Shown here one piece after another: positions 1-8,128 of a DNA stretch of 14,907 nt (position 1 is its first letter; every line of letters starts with the position of its first letter). The stretch lies in the IMG/VR virus record IMGVR_UViG_2695420540_000004, one strand, 5' to 3'. Source of the DNA: a virus. Lineage: Duplodnaviria > Heunggongvirae > Uroviricota > Caudoviricetes. Under the pieces are notes generated by a model. That model did no database searches and was not told the origin of the DNA. It was given only the letters and a program-made list of their open reading frames with translations. Position numbers and translations under genes: made by a program.

Positions 1-167
1 TCATGCCCAAACCAGACGGGTTAACGGCAGCAAAGAACCTTGCAGAGGCGTTCGAGCATTATAACGAATGGCATCCGCATAGTGCACTGGGTTATCGCTC
101 GCCACGGGAATATCTACGGCAGCAAGCCAGTAATGGGTTAAGTGATAACAGGTGTCTGGAAATATAG
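1..167 (+). CDS. insD: IS2 transposase OrfB (InsD) C-terminal fragment, 5'-partial at window edge
   Basis: Frame 3 translates to ...[48 protein letters not shown], a typical DDE/rve transposase C-terminus; stop TAG 165-167. Confidence 0.7.
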   Translation, partial: MPKPDGLTAAKNLAEAFEHYNEWHPHSALGYRSPREYLRQQASNGLSDNRCLEI

Positions 168-178
168 GGGCAAATCCA
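1..178 (+). mobile_element. IS2 right end (partial; element continues upstream of window)
   Basis: 3' terminus ...gtaatgggttaagtgataacaggtgtctggaaatataggggcaaatcca matches my recollection of the IS2 right inverted repeat; transposase C-terminus is encoded just upstream; flanking ORF frame breaks at 178/179. Confidence 0.7.
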
Positions 179-286
179 GCGTTCATCAGCCCCCGCATTG
201 CCGACAGGATCACAGACGGGGGGCGCAACTGGTTGTCGTTCAACTGGCCCAGCTACCGTTCTTGTATCAGAGGTGTGGCTGCATGA
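179..286 (+). pseudogene. 3' remnant (35 codons) of an upstream phage replication-module gene, apparently interrupted by IS2
   Basis: Frame 2 is open from the IS2 boundary (179) to TGA 284-286, which overlaps the helicase ATG 283 in an ATGA coupling arrangement; no start codon context of its own. Confidence 0.35.
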
Positions 287-1674
287 CAACACCAGTCTGG
301 CGTAATGATGACCTGGAAGGCGCTGTCATTGGCGCATTCTTTCTGCGTGGGGCAGATCATGAAGTGATGGATATTCTGATCACACTACCGGCGGACATTT
401 TTTCTGTACGAGCGTATCGGGATATCTACACAGGCATCTGCAGACAGGCCCGTGTTTCAGGAGTGATTGACCCCGTGCTGTTGTGTAATGAGATGCCGGA
501 ACTTGCCCCGGTGATTACTGATACCGGGCGTAAAACCTGGGTGAAGTCTTCACTGGAGCACTATGTTGCAGCGTTGCGGCGCAATGCCGCACTGCGCGAT
601 GCAGAAAAAACACTGAATGAGGCGCTGCAGAAATTACGTGATGCGCATACCTGTGAAGCAGCTGAAGATGCCCTGAAGGATGCGCAGAACATGATGGTCA
701 CACTGTCGACAGGAAAGGGCGTCATTCAGCCGGTACATATTGATGATGTGCTTCCGGAAGTGGTTGAGCGTGTTGAATGCCGGAATCAGGGGCTGGAGAA
801 ATCCAGGACGTTGATGACCGGTATTGATGAACTGGACGCAAAAACAGGCGGTATGGAGCCCGGAGACCTGGTATTCATTGCCGCCCGTCCTTCGATGGGG
901 AAAACCGAACTTGCGCTGGACATCATCGACAAGGTGACTGAGCAGGGGCATGGTGTGCTTCTGTTCACCATGGAGATGGCGAACATCCAGATTGGTGAAC
1001 GTATGGTGTCTGCGGCTGGAGGGATGCCAGTATCACGCCTGAAATCTGTGGCTCACTTTGAAGATGAAGACTGGGCGCGTTTCTCACAAGGGGTGGGGCG
1101 GATGACCGGGCGCAATATCTGGATGGTGGACCAGGCGAACCTGACCATTGATGAGATATGCGCAACAACGAAACACCATCTGATTAAACATCCGGAAACG
1201 GCGCTGGTGGTGGTTGATTATCTCGGGCTGATAAAAACCCGAACCACGGGGCGTCATGACCTTGCCGTGGGTGAAATCTCAAAGGGGCTTAAAGGCCTGG
1301 CAAAATCCGGTGGTTTTCCGTTGATTGCGCTGAGCCAGCTCTCCCGCGGTGTGGAGTCCAGACCCAATAAACGTCCCATGAACTCAGACCTGAAAAATTC
1401 CGGAGAAATAGAGGCGGATGCAGACATCATTCTGATGCTTTACAGGGATGAAGTGTACAACCCGGATACACAGGCTACAGGCATAGCAGAAATTAATATC
1501 ACGAAACAACGTAACGGTTCTCTGGGGACGATTTACCGGCGTTTTTATAACGGACATTTTCTGCCTGTGGACCAGGAAAGCGCACAGGTTCTTTCCACCC
1601 CAATGCGGCAGCCCCAGCCGCGCAGATACAGCAATACACGTACCGACAGCAGTAAGATGGAGCGTTTCTTTTGA
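283..1674 (+). CDS. Replicative DNA helicase, DnaB family (phage replication protein)
   Basis: ATG 283 preceded by AGGTG; Walker A AARPSMGKT, DnaB-like motifs VVDYLGLI and ALSQLSRGVE; 463 aa. Upstream GTG 142 of the ORF track rejected as read-through. Confidence 0.85.
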   Translation: MTTPVWRNDDLEGAVIGAFFLRGADHEVMDILITLPADIFSVRAYRDIYTGICRQARVSGVIDPVLLCNEMPELAPVITDTGRKTWVKSSLEHYVAALRRNAALRDAEKTLNEALQKLRDAHTCEAAEDALKDAQNMMVTLSTGKGVIQPVHIDDVLPEVVERVECRNQGLEKSRTLMTGIDELDAKTGGMEPGDLVFIAARPSMGKTELALDIIDKVTEQGHGVLLFTMEMANIQIGERMVSAAGGMPVSRLKSVAHFEDEDWARFSQGVGRMTGRNIWMVDQANLTIDEICATTKHHLIKHPETALVVVDYLGLIKTRTTGRHDLAVGEISKGLKGLAKSGGFPLIALSQLSRGVESRPNKRPMNSDLKNSGEIEADADIILMLYRDEVYNPDTQATGIAEINITKQRNGSLGTIYRRFYNGHFLPVDQESAQVLSTPMRQPQPRRYSNTRTDSSKMERFF

Positions 1675-1685
1675 ACAACCAGACA

Positions 1686-1928
1686 ATGACTTTTACCTCT
1701 GAACAATTGCGTAAACACGCGCAGGAAATGTTGCGACAGGCGGAACAACTGGAAAAAACAGGTGTAACAAAAGATGCCATTCGTCGGGATATGGTGCCAG
1801 CGCTCAGGGAACTGATGCAGGCGAAACATCGCGCACAAAAAGCGGTGGATGAGCTCGTTGATTGTGTGGCAGAGCTGGAAACCAAAGTTGGAAAGTTTGA
1901 AAAAATGGTGCAGGAGGTGCTGCGCTGA
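1686..1928 (+). CDS. Hypothetical small phage protein (predicted coiled-coil, nin-region)
   Basis: 80-aa ORF MTFTSEQLRKHAQEMLRQAEQLEK..., tightly packed between helicase stop and rusA start (stop TGA overlaps rusA ATG); weak RBS, start uncertain (TTG 1671 alternative). Confidence 0.45.
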   Translation: MTFTSEQLRKHAQEMLRQAEQLEKTGVTKDAIRRDMVPALRELMQAKHRAQKAVDELVDCVAELETKVGKFEKMVQEVLR

Positions 1929-2299
1929 TGCGCCATGAGTTTATTTTACCTTATCCGCCGACGGTGAATACTTACTGGCGACGTCGTGGCAGCACATATT
2001 TTGTATCAAAAGTTGGTGAGCGTTATCGCCGTGATGTGACGCTAATTGTTCGCCAGCAGCGGCTGAAATTAAACCTGTCCGGAAGGCTGGCGATAAAGAT
2101 TATTGCAGAGCCACCGGATAAGCGCCGTCGTGACCTGGACAATATCCTGAAAGCACCACTGGATGCGCTGACGCATGCCGGACTACTCATAGACGACGAG
2201 CAGTTTGATGAAATCAATATTGTGCGCGGTCAGCTCGTTCCTGGTGGGCGACTGGGCGTGAAGATTTATGAAATCACAGGTGATAACGATGGCGCGTGA
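1928..2299 (+). CDS. rusA: RusA-type Holliday junction resolvase
   Basis: 123 aa; PPTVNTYW...[30 protein letters not shown] resembles the E. coli/phage 82 RusA catalytic core (DxD-N...K...D); coupled ATG 1928. Confidence 0.85.
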   Translation: MRHEFILPYPPTVNTYWRRRGSTYFVSKVGERYRRDVTLIVRQQRLKLNLSGRLAIKIIAEPPDKRRRDLDNILKAPLDALTHAGLLIDDEQFDEINIVRGQLVPGGRLGVKIYEITGDNDGA

Positions 2300-2675
2300 T
2301 ATTCAGCAGGTTATGGAACGGTGGGGGGCTTGGGCTGCAAACACTCATGAAGATGTATCCTGGGCGTCGATCGCTGCTGGTTTTAAAGGGTTAATTCCGT
2401 CGAAAGTGAAATCACGCCCTCAGTGTTCTGATGATGATGCAATGATAATTTGTGGCTGTATGGCCCGGTTGAACAAGAAAAATCAGGATTTGCACGATTT
2501 GCTGGTGGATTATTACGTAGGTGGAATGACTTTTATGAGTCTGGCACGGAAACATGGGTGTTCGGATACCTGTATTGGCAAGCGCCTGCAGAAAGCGGAA
2601 GGGGTTATTGATGGCATGTTGATGATGCTTGATATCCGGCTGGAGATGGACAGATACGTAGAACGAATTATGTAG
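2289..2675 (+). CDS. Q: Late-gene antiterminator Q (phage 21 / Stx-phage Q family)
   Basis: ATG 2289 with AGGTG 6 nt upstream, overlapping rusA stop; 128 aa [23 protein letters not shown]...[16 protein letters not shown]...[12 protein letters not shown], Cys-rich, matches recalled Q-family N-terminus; position after rusA is canonical. Confidence 0.65.
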   Translation: MARDIQQVMERWGAWAANTHEDVSWASIAAGFKGLIPSKVKSRPQCSDDDAMIICGCMARLNKKNQDLHDLLVDYYVGGMTFMSLARKHGCSDTCIGKRLQKAEGVIDGMLMMLDIRLEMDRYVERIM

Positions 2676-2679
2676 GTGC

Positions 2680-2709
2680 TTGACCAGACACATTGTCCGG
2701 GGCTATATT
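2680..2709 (+). promoter_or_regulatory. Candidate late promoter PR' (sigma70-like) directly downstream of Q
   Basis: TTGACC (2680-2685), 18-nt spacer, TATATT (2704-2709); followed by hairpin CGCCAG-caaaat-CTGGCG (2717-2734) at the predicted 5' end of the transcript. Confidence 0.4.
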
Positions 2710-2770
2710 CCTCACGCGCCAGCAAAATCTGGCGTCGGGATTGGAACCCCGGATAGAGACCGCGACAGAC

Positions 2771-2795
2771 ACACGCCGCGAGCGTGTTTTTTATT
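2771..2795 (+). terminator. Candidate intrinsic terminator (tR'-like) about 60 nt downstream of candidate PR'
   Basis: Stem ACACGC / GCGTGT with 5-nt loop followed by a T-run (TTTTTTATT). Confidence 0.5.
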
Positions 2796-2920
2796 GTCGT
2801 ATGCACGCGCACATCTGAATTATGGTGGGGCGCATGGGGGAGCTGAAAAGCTCGCCGGTCGGTTTCCCGGTAGTTCCAACCCTGTGCGTCTCACCACCCG
2901 ATGATTGGAACCTGACGGTG

Positions 2921-2949
2921 TTGACAGTTTCAGGTTTGCAGTTTACATT
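2921..2949 (+). promoter_or_regulatory. Strong sigma70-like promoter upstream of the ORF6N-domain gene
   Basis: Consensus -35 TTGACA (2921-2926), 17-nt spacer, -10 TACATT (2944-2949). Confidence 0.45.
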
Positions 2950-3155
2950 TCCCCGCGGTGCTCAAAACACCTCGAAAGCGGTATCCACACCCGATAGCCA
3001 TGTGGTTTTTTTGTGTCCAGAATTCTTGGTTTATGACCGGGTGTGCGGCTAATACAATACCAGCAATGGAAATACGCCCGCCGACTTTCGACGGTTTTGA
3101 GCGCCCGGTCACCCTCTCAAAAGGGGTAAATCAAAATATTCGAAAGGACATGTCT

Positions 3156-3719
3156 ATGAATCGCACGTCTATTGAAAAACTCCCGTCACTTACGCATAAC
3201 CATCTTCCTGTCATGACAACAGAGCTGCTGGCTGATTTGTACGGAACAGAGCGCCAGCGTTTGACAAACAATTTCAATCGAAACAAAGAACGGTTTATAG
3301 AAGGTAAACATTTTTTCCTGATAGAAGGTGATGCGTTACGAGAGTTGAAGAACGAAAACTCTTTAAGAGTTTCTGTGAAAATTGCCCGTAACGTTCGCTC
3401 CCTCATCCTCTGGACAGAACGTGGCGCAGCCCGTCACGCCAAAATGCTCGAAACCGATCAGGCGTGGGAAGTGTTCGAAAAACTGGAAGACTGTTATTTC
3501 AACCAGAAACAGCCACCAGCGGCACAAAACACATCTATCGAAAATGATGGATGCGCATTACTGAGCCACTTCGATAAACACGGTCAGGTTGAGTTCACGG
3601 AAAAGGTACCCGCCGATGCGATGGTATGTACTCTGGAACGGTTTAAATTTTATCTGGAGCAACACGGGTGGATCGTTGCCCGTAAAGAGCAACTGGTGGA
3701 GCGGTTGATGCGGTTTTAA
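3156..3719 (+). CDS. ORF6N-domain phage protein (antirepressor-like / putative moron)
   Basis: ATG 3156 with AAGGA 7 nt upstream; 187 aa; N-terminal LPVMTTELLADLYGTERQRLTNNFNRNKERFIEGKHFFLIEGDALRELK resembles the ORF6N domain; family assignment from memory only. Confidence 0.5.
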   Translation: MNRTSIEKLPSLTHNHLPVMTTELLADLYGTERQRLTNNFNRNKERFIEGKHFFLIEGDALRELKNENSLRVSVKIARNVRSLILWTERGAARHAKMLETDQAWEVFEKLEDCYFNQKQPPAAQNTSIENDGCALLSHFDKHGQVEFTEKVPADAMVCTLERFKFYLEQHGWIVARKEQLVERLMRF

Positions 3720-3797
3720 AAATTTTTTCCGAAAACTTTACGATCGTAAAAAGTTGAATATCCTGTTAAGAGTGGTTACTACGCCACACAGCTTAAA

Positions 3798-3820
3798 CCC
3801 GCCGATGAGCGGGTTTTTTT
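3798..3820 (+). terminator. Intrinsic terminator hairpin; its 3' arm and T-run start tRNA cassette copy 1
   Basis: CCCGC-cgatga-GCGGG followed by TTTTTTT. Confidence 0.6.
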
Positions 3821-3870
3821 ATACCTGAAAAACGGCACAGGACGTTAAACGTGCTGGTGGTCAGATGAGT

Positions 3871-3899
3871 TTGCAGATGTGATGACATATGGTTATTAT
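3871..3899 (+). promoter_or_regulatory. sigma70-like promoter of the tRNA cassette (copy 1)
   Basis: TTGCAG (3871-3876), 17-nt spacer, TATTAT (3894-3899), 9 nt upstream of first tRNA. Confidence 0.5.
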
Positions 3900-3908
3900 T
3901 CTGCCTCC

Positions 3909-3985
3909 GGCCCTTTAGCTCAGTTGGTCAGAGCGAGCGACTCATAATCGCCAGGTCGCTGGTTCAAGTCCAGCAAGGGCCACCA
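3909..3985 (+). tRNA. tRNA-Ile2 (anticodon CAU, lysidine type reading AUA; tRNA-Met not excluded)
   Basis: Cloverleaf by hand: acceptor GGCCCTT/AAGGGCC, anticodon loop CTCATAA, discriminator A, encoded CCA; close to recalled E. coli ileX. Confidence 0.75.
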
Positions 3986-3986
3986 A

Positions 3987-4063
3987 CCACCACTAGCTCA
4001 TCCGGATAGAGCATCAACCTTCTAAGTTGACGGTGCGAGGTTCGAGTCCTCGGTGGTGGGCCA
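3987..4063 (+). tRNA. tRNA-Arg (anticodon UCU, reads AGA)
   Basis: Acceptor CCACCAC/GTGGTGG, D-stem GCTC/GAGC, anticodon stem TCAAC/GTTGA, loop CTTCTAA, T-loop TTCGAGT, discriminator G, CCA encoded. Confidence 0.7.
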
Positions 4064-4065
4064 GC

Positions 4066-4141
<76 letters not shown>

Positions 4142-4144
4142 TAT

Positions 4145-4219
<75 letters not shown>

Positions 4220-4666
4220 GCGAGATTTGAGACGAAGGTTGTTATTTGCACTGACACAATATTGTGTGGGAATGTCTGACTCCTTACCATCTCCTGTTCT
4301 GTGATGTTGTTTTGTTGCAGTTCCAGTGCTCTTTTTTCAGCACCAGAATGGTGCATTGTCGGTCAGGTTACGTAGTGAACCTCTGGCAGGGGACTGATGA
4401 TTCATCATTCTGGTGTTGTAAATATCTCTTCGGACAACTTACAAAATATTCTAAGCAAACCCCGGGAACACACTCTTAACTGCCTTGGCTGGCGGTTTTT
4501 TGTACAGCGCTCGGTATGTGTGAGCTGGAAATCAGATTTTGCATGGACTGGAATCATGCTGTTATTTAGGGGCGAAGAACTGGCTTTTTCTTCCGCCTTC
4601 TCACCAGTAACGATTAGAAAAATAATGAAATGCCCCCCTCCGGGGAGGAGGACCGTAGAAAAAAGG
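4220..4666 (+). repeat. Conserved non-coding segment downstream of tRNA cassette (copy A; near-identical to 8782-9228)
   Basis: 447 bp with 3 substitutions versus the copy-3 homologue; only Cys/Trp-rich implausible ORFs; contains perfect palindrome CACAATATTGTG (4255-4266). Confidence 0.8.
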
Positions 4667-4706
4667 NNNNNNNNNNNNNNNNNNNNNNNNNNNNNNNNNN
4701 NNNNNN

Positions 4707-4808
4707 ACATCAATCATCTGTACTCCAATGACTAGTCTAAAAACTAGTATTAAGACTATCACTTATTTAAGTGATACTGGTTGTCTGGAGATTCAGGGGG
4801 CCAGTCTA
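4707..4808 (-). mobile_element. IS2 left-end fragment (IRL and start of orfA/insC), body hidden in adjacent N-run
   Basis: Reverse complement reads tagactggccccctgaatctccagacaacc...gtcattggagtacagATGATTGATGT, matching the recalled IS2 left terminus and InsC start MIDV. Confidence 0.7.
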
Positions 4809-4824
4809 TAAACCTGGAGGCATC

Positions 4825-5037
4825 GTGGAAAAAATAAAGAAACTATTTAGTAGTAAATACGCAGTCATACGTCGTGATGACCTGTCAGTTATAGTCGAAA
4901 TGGATTACTTCCCTGAAACCAAAAAATCAATGATGTATCGTAATGGTCGAAAGGCAATTTTTTTACCGATGAGGGTAAGTGACATTATGGGAAATGATAA
5001 ACTGCTGGATGAATTGCGAGTCAGAGCATCCTGTTAG
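4825..5037 (+). CDS. Hypothetical small phage protein
   Basis: GTG 4825 preceded by GGAGG (4816-4820); 70 aa; start uncertain; ORF-track start 4771 lies inside the IS2 terminal repeat and was not used. Confidence 0.35.
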   Translation: MEKIKKLFSSKYAVIRRDDLSVIVEMDYFPETKKSMMYRNGRKAIFLPMRVSDIMGNDKLLDELRVRASC

Positions 5038-5108
5038 TATTGGCATTAATTCTGGTATACTACATAACGGGCTGAACACCCATTCTACTGCGCCAGCGGA
5101 GAACTACG

Positions 5109-5708
5109 ATGGCGCATATACAACTGATCAAACAAACCTCTTCCGGATTACTTCTCCCGGCGACGCCGGAGAGTTGCGATTTTCTGCATCAAATCAAAAC
5201 AGGTGAGTGGATACACGCAGACTTTAAGCGTGTGCGTAACTACGCATTCCACAAGCGTTTTTTCAAACTCCTGCAACTGGGATTCGATTACTGGACTCCG
5301 GTCGGTGGGGCGATCACGCCTCGCGAACGAGAACTGCTGTCTGGTTTCGTTGATTACCTGTGCGAATCAGTAGGTCGGGAACATACGCCAGCTCTGAGCG
5401 AAGCCGCAGAGCAATATCTGAATACAGTTGCGACACGCAGAACCCGGGATACGGCATTGCTAAAGTCGTTTGAGGCTTTTCGCGAGTGGGTAACCATTCA
5501 GGCTGGATTTTACACCGAACATTTTTATCCGGACGGTAGCCGCGGGCGTCGGGCAAAATCCATCGCTTTTGCGAATATGGACGAAACCGAGTTTCAGCAG
5601 GTTTATAAATCTGTTCTGAATGTGCTGTGGAACTGGATTCTGTTCCGTAAATTTTCCTCTCCGGAACAAGTCGAAAATGTGGCCGCGCAGCTGCTGGAGT
5701 TTGCGTAA
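5109..5708 (+). CDS. Conserved phage protein, ~200 aa (tentatively DUF1367-like nin-region protein)
   Basis: ATG 5109 with GGAG 7 nt upstream; 199 aa; stop overlaps next ATG; family name from memory of the DUF1367/DUF1364 gene pair in lambdoid prophages. Confidence 0.6.
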   Translation: MAHIQLIKQTSSGLLLPATPESCDFLHQIKTGEWIHADFKRVRNYAFHKRFFKLLQLGFDYWTPVGGAITPRERELLSGFVDYLCESVGREHTPALSEAAEQYLNTVATRRTRDTALLKSFEAFREWVTIQAGFYTEHFYPDGSRGRRAKSIAFANMDETEFQQVYKSVLNVLWNWILFRKFSSPEQVENVAAQLLEFA

Positions 5709-5998
5709 TGGTGGATTTACGTAAAGCGGCGCGGGGGCAGATGTGCACCGTCAGAATTCCTGGCTACTGCAATCACGATCCGGAAACGTCTGTGCTGGCG
5801 CATTACCGACTGGCGGGAACGTGCGGAACAGCGATAAAGCCACACGATATGCAGGCAGCGATTGCCTGTAGCTCGTGCCACGATTTAATCGACGGGCGGG
5901 TAAAAACCAGCGATTACACCAAAGAAGAATTACGCCTGATGCATGCAGAAGGTGTTTTTCGCACACAAGAAATCTGGAGAAAGGAGGGATATTTATGA
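5708..5998 (+). CDS. YbcO-like protein (DUF1364; putative Cys-rich nuclease of lambdoid prophages)
   Basis: 96 aa MVDLRKAARGQMCTVRIPGYCNHDPETSVLAHYRLAG...IACSSCHDLID resembles recalled DLP12 YbcO; coupled to neighbours (TAATG start, ATGA stop). Confidence 0.7.
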   Translation: MVDLRKAARGQMCTVRIPGYCNHDPETSVLAHYRLAGTCGTAIKPHDMQAAIACSSCHDLIDGRVKTSDYTKEELRLMHAEGVFRTQEIWRKEGYL

Positions 5999-6549
5999 TT
6001 TACCCAACGAATACAGGAAAAAGCGGAGAACACCTTCGTCTCACCACGCTGGAAAGTGTCTGGATTCAGGGAAAACTACGTATGTGGGGGCGCTGGTCGT
6101 ATATTGGTGGCGGTAAGACGGGGAATATGTTTAACCTGATGTTGACCTCTAAAAAGCTGACAAAAACGGCAATTAACGAGGCGCTCCGGAGGATGAAAAA
6201 AGCAGGTCTGAACAAGTCTGAACTTGAGGCTTTTTTGCGGGATATGATTAACGGTAAGCAAAAGAGCTGGCTGGCGCATTGTACTGATGCAGAGGCGTTA
6301 TGTATTGATCGGGTCATAAGTGAGGTGCTGGCAGAGCATCCAGGATTGATTAGCGTCCTTCGGCAACGGTATGAGGGGCGGGGGATGACCAAACGCAAAA
6401 TGGCTGAACTGCTGAATGATGCACACCCGAAATGGAGTTTAAGAACCTGTGAAAGACGCATTGAGCATTGGCTAAAGGTGGCAGAATTTATTTTGTACAA
6501 ACCAATGGTTATGGCTTTTGGTATAGAGAAAAAAGTTATTGCTTTTTGA
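5995..6549 (+). CDS. Putative second Q-like late antiterminator (assigned mainly by position)
   Basis: ATG 5995 with strong AGGAGG RBS 7 nt upstream; 184 aa; last gene before terminator and tRNA cassette copy 2, the position Q occupies in lambdoid phages; no motif-level confirmation. Confidence 0.45.
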   Translation: MIYPTNTGKSGEHLRLTTLESVWIQGKLRMWGRWSYIGGGKTGNMFNLMLTSKKLTKTAINEALRRMKKAGLNKSELEAFLRDMINGKQKSWLAHCTDAEALCIDRVISEVLAEHPGLISVLRQRYEGRGMTKRKMAELLNDAHPKWSLRTCERRIEHWLKVAEFILYKPMVMAFGIEKKVIAF

Positions 6550-6628
6550 CGTAAAAACTGCTTCAATTCTTGTACGCTTCGCAAAGCTGTACCGCGAGGC
6601 GAATAGCAGACATGGACATTTGAAAGAG

Positions 6629-6650
6629 CCCGCTTTATGCGGGTTTTTTT
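6629..6650 (+). terminator. Intrinsic terminator hairpin; its 3' arm starts tRNA cassette copy 2
   Basis: CCCGC-tttat-GCGGG followed by TTTTTTT. Confidence 0.6.
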
Positions 6651-6700
6651 ATACCTGAAAAACGGCACAGGACGTTAAACGTGCTGGTGGTCAGATGAGT

Positions 6701-6729
6701 TTGCAGATGTGATGACATATGGTTATTAT
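6701..6729 (+). promoter_or_regulatory. sigma70-like promoter of the tRNA cassette (copy 2)
   Basis: TTGCAG, 17-nt spacer, TATTAT; same as copy 1. Confidence 0.5.
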
Positions 6730-6738
6730 TCTGCCTCC

Positions 6739-6815
6739 GGCCCTTTAGCTCAGTTGGTCAGAGCGAGCGACTCATAATCGCCAGGTCGCTGGTTCAAGTC
6801 CAGCAAGGGCCACCA
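6739..6815 (+). tRNA. tRNA-Ile2 (anticodon CAU; tRNA-Met not excluded)
   Basis: Identical to 3909-3985. Confidence 0.75.
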
Positions 6816-6816
6816 A

Positions 6817-6893
6817 CCACCACTAGCTCATCCGGATAGAGCATCAACCTTCTAAGTTGACGGTGCGAGGTTCGAGTCCTCGGTGGTGGGCCA
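6817..6893 (+). tRNA. tRNA-Arg (anticodon UCU)
   Basis: Identical to 3987-4063. Confidence 0.7.
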
Positions 6894-6895
6894 GC

Positions 6896-6971
<76 letters not shown>

Positions 6972-6974
6972 TAT

Positions 6975-7049
<75 letters not shown>

Positions 7050-7274
7050 GTCAGAGTCTTTCAGTCTGCGATGATGGGAAATCCCGGAGTGACTGAAAGA
7101 CGTTTAAGTTATGAATGATCGCCTTTTTTTGCAAAATTGCTGTGCAGAAATACTAACCTTCGGGCGTGCGATCATTCATAAGCACTCTGCTTTTATTCCG
7201 ATTAACTGTGGGTGGTTTGTTGGATAGAGTGTGAGGTGTACTGGCAATAGCGGACACTACCATTTGTTCTTTTT

Positions 7275-8093
7275 TTAAGCAGCCATCTGATGATATTTTT
7301 CCCTGAAGGCTGCCGGGGAGATATTCCCCAGACGAGAGTGACGACGCTGACGATTGTAGAAAATCTCAATGTATTCCCGTATTACTGAGATGGCTTCATC
7401 CCGGTTATTAAAACGATAGTGGCTCAGGCTCTCATTTTTCAGCGTTCCCCAGAAGCTTTCCATCGGAGCGTTGTCGTAACAGTTACCTTTACGCGACATT
7501 GATGTTTTCAGACCAGACTGCTCCTGTATGACCCGGTAATCGTATGCGCAGTACTGTGAACCTCGATCAGAGTGGTGGATTAGCCCGGCAGGTGGGCGCT
7601 GGCTCCTGAGCGCCATAAACAGGGCTTTACCTGTCAGCTCTTTTGTCATGCGCTCTCCCATGGCGTAGCCGACAATTTCGCACGTATAAACATCTTTGAT
7701 GCCAGCGAGGTACAACCATCCCTCCTGTGTGGCAACATACGTCAGGTCCGCCACCCAGACCTGATTTGGTGCTGTAGGAGCGAACGTCTGGTTCAGCAGA
7801 TTTGGCGCAACTGGCAGATTGTGGTTCGAGTTCGTAGTCGCTCTGAACTTGCGTTTCTGCTTACAGCGTAGCCTTAGCTCCTTACGAAGACGTGCCAGTC
7901 GGTCACGACCAACGATGATGCCATTCTCTGCCAGCTCCGTCTGGAGCCGCCGGGTTCCATATGTTTCGCGAGTGCGGATATGTGCCACCTTAATCTCCAG
8001 TTTTAGCCGCTCATCACTTTGTTTTCTGTCTGAGGGTTCATGCTGTACCCAGTTGTAATAACCGCTCCTGGATACACCAAATACCTGACACAT
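7275..8093 (-). CDS. IS3-family transposase OrfB (DDE integrase core)
   Basis: 272 aa with DDE/rve motifs ...WVADLTYV...HHSDRGSQY...NAPMESFWGTLK...YNRQRRHSRLGNISPAAF. Confidence 0.85.
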   Translation of the reverse strand: MCQVFGVSRSGYYNWVQHEPSDRKQSDERLKLEIKVAHIRTRETYGTRRLQTELAENGIIVGRDRLARLRKELRLRCKQKRKFRATTNSNHNLPVAPNLLNQTFAPTAPNQVWVADLTYVATQEGWLYLAGIKDVYTCEIVGYAMGERMTKELTGKALFMALRSQRPPAGLIHHSDRGSQYCAYDYRVIQEQSGLKTSMSRKGNCYDNAPMESFWGTLKNESLSHYRFNNRDEAISVIREYIEIFYNRQRRHSRLGNISPAAFREKYHQMAA

Positions 8094-8128
8094 CGCTTCA
8101 ATGGGAAATTGTTGTCGCCATTGTTCGA

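Noticed and set aside
142-282. ORF-track start (GTG 142) extending the helicase ORF 47 codons upstream
   Set aside because: That stretch reads through the IS2 terminal repeat and the upstream gene remnant; ATG 283 has an RBS and an ATGA overlap with the upstream stop
634-1936. Several minus-strand ORFs of 66-145 aa overlapping the helicase and downstream ORF
   Set aside because: Fully embedded antisense to a well-supported conserved gene, low-complexity composition, no RBS context; typical shadow ORFs
2739-2912. 10-bp direct repeat GATTGGAACC at 2739-2748 and 2903-2912 flanking the candidate tR'
   Set aside because: A single exact 10-mer recurrence in about 500 bp is within chance expectation (roughly 0.1 by a rough estimate); no further support
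2680-3052. Plus-strand ORFs 2680-2904 and 2822-3052 in the Q-to-ORF6N interval
   Set aside because: Gly/Arg/Pro-rich improbable composition; region holds promoter and terminator signals and is better explained as a regulatory leader
4220-4666. Shiga toxin or another toxin operon downstream of the tRNA cluster, as in Stx phages
   Set aside because: No ORF of suitable size or composition follows the tRNAs in any copy; the interval is non-coding and leads straight to the holin in copy 3
4397-4735. ORF 4397-4735 (plus) and 8962-9255 (plus), starting MIHHSGVV / MHHSGVV
   Set aside because: The start codon is created by a substitution in only one copy, and the ORF runs across an N-run and into the IS2 end; not credible as a gene
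5040-5061. Possible promoter (TTAGTA ... TATACT) upstream of the 199-aa ORF
   Set aside because: Poor -35 match and ambiguous spacing; not distinguishable from AT-rich background
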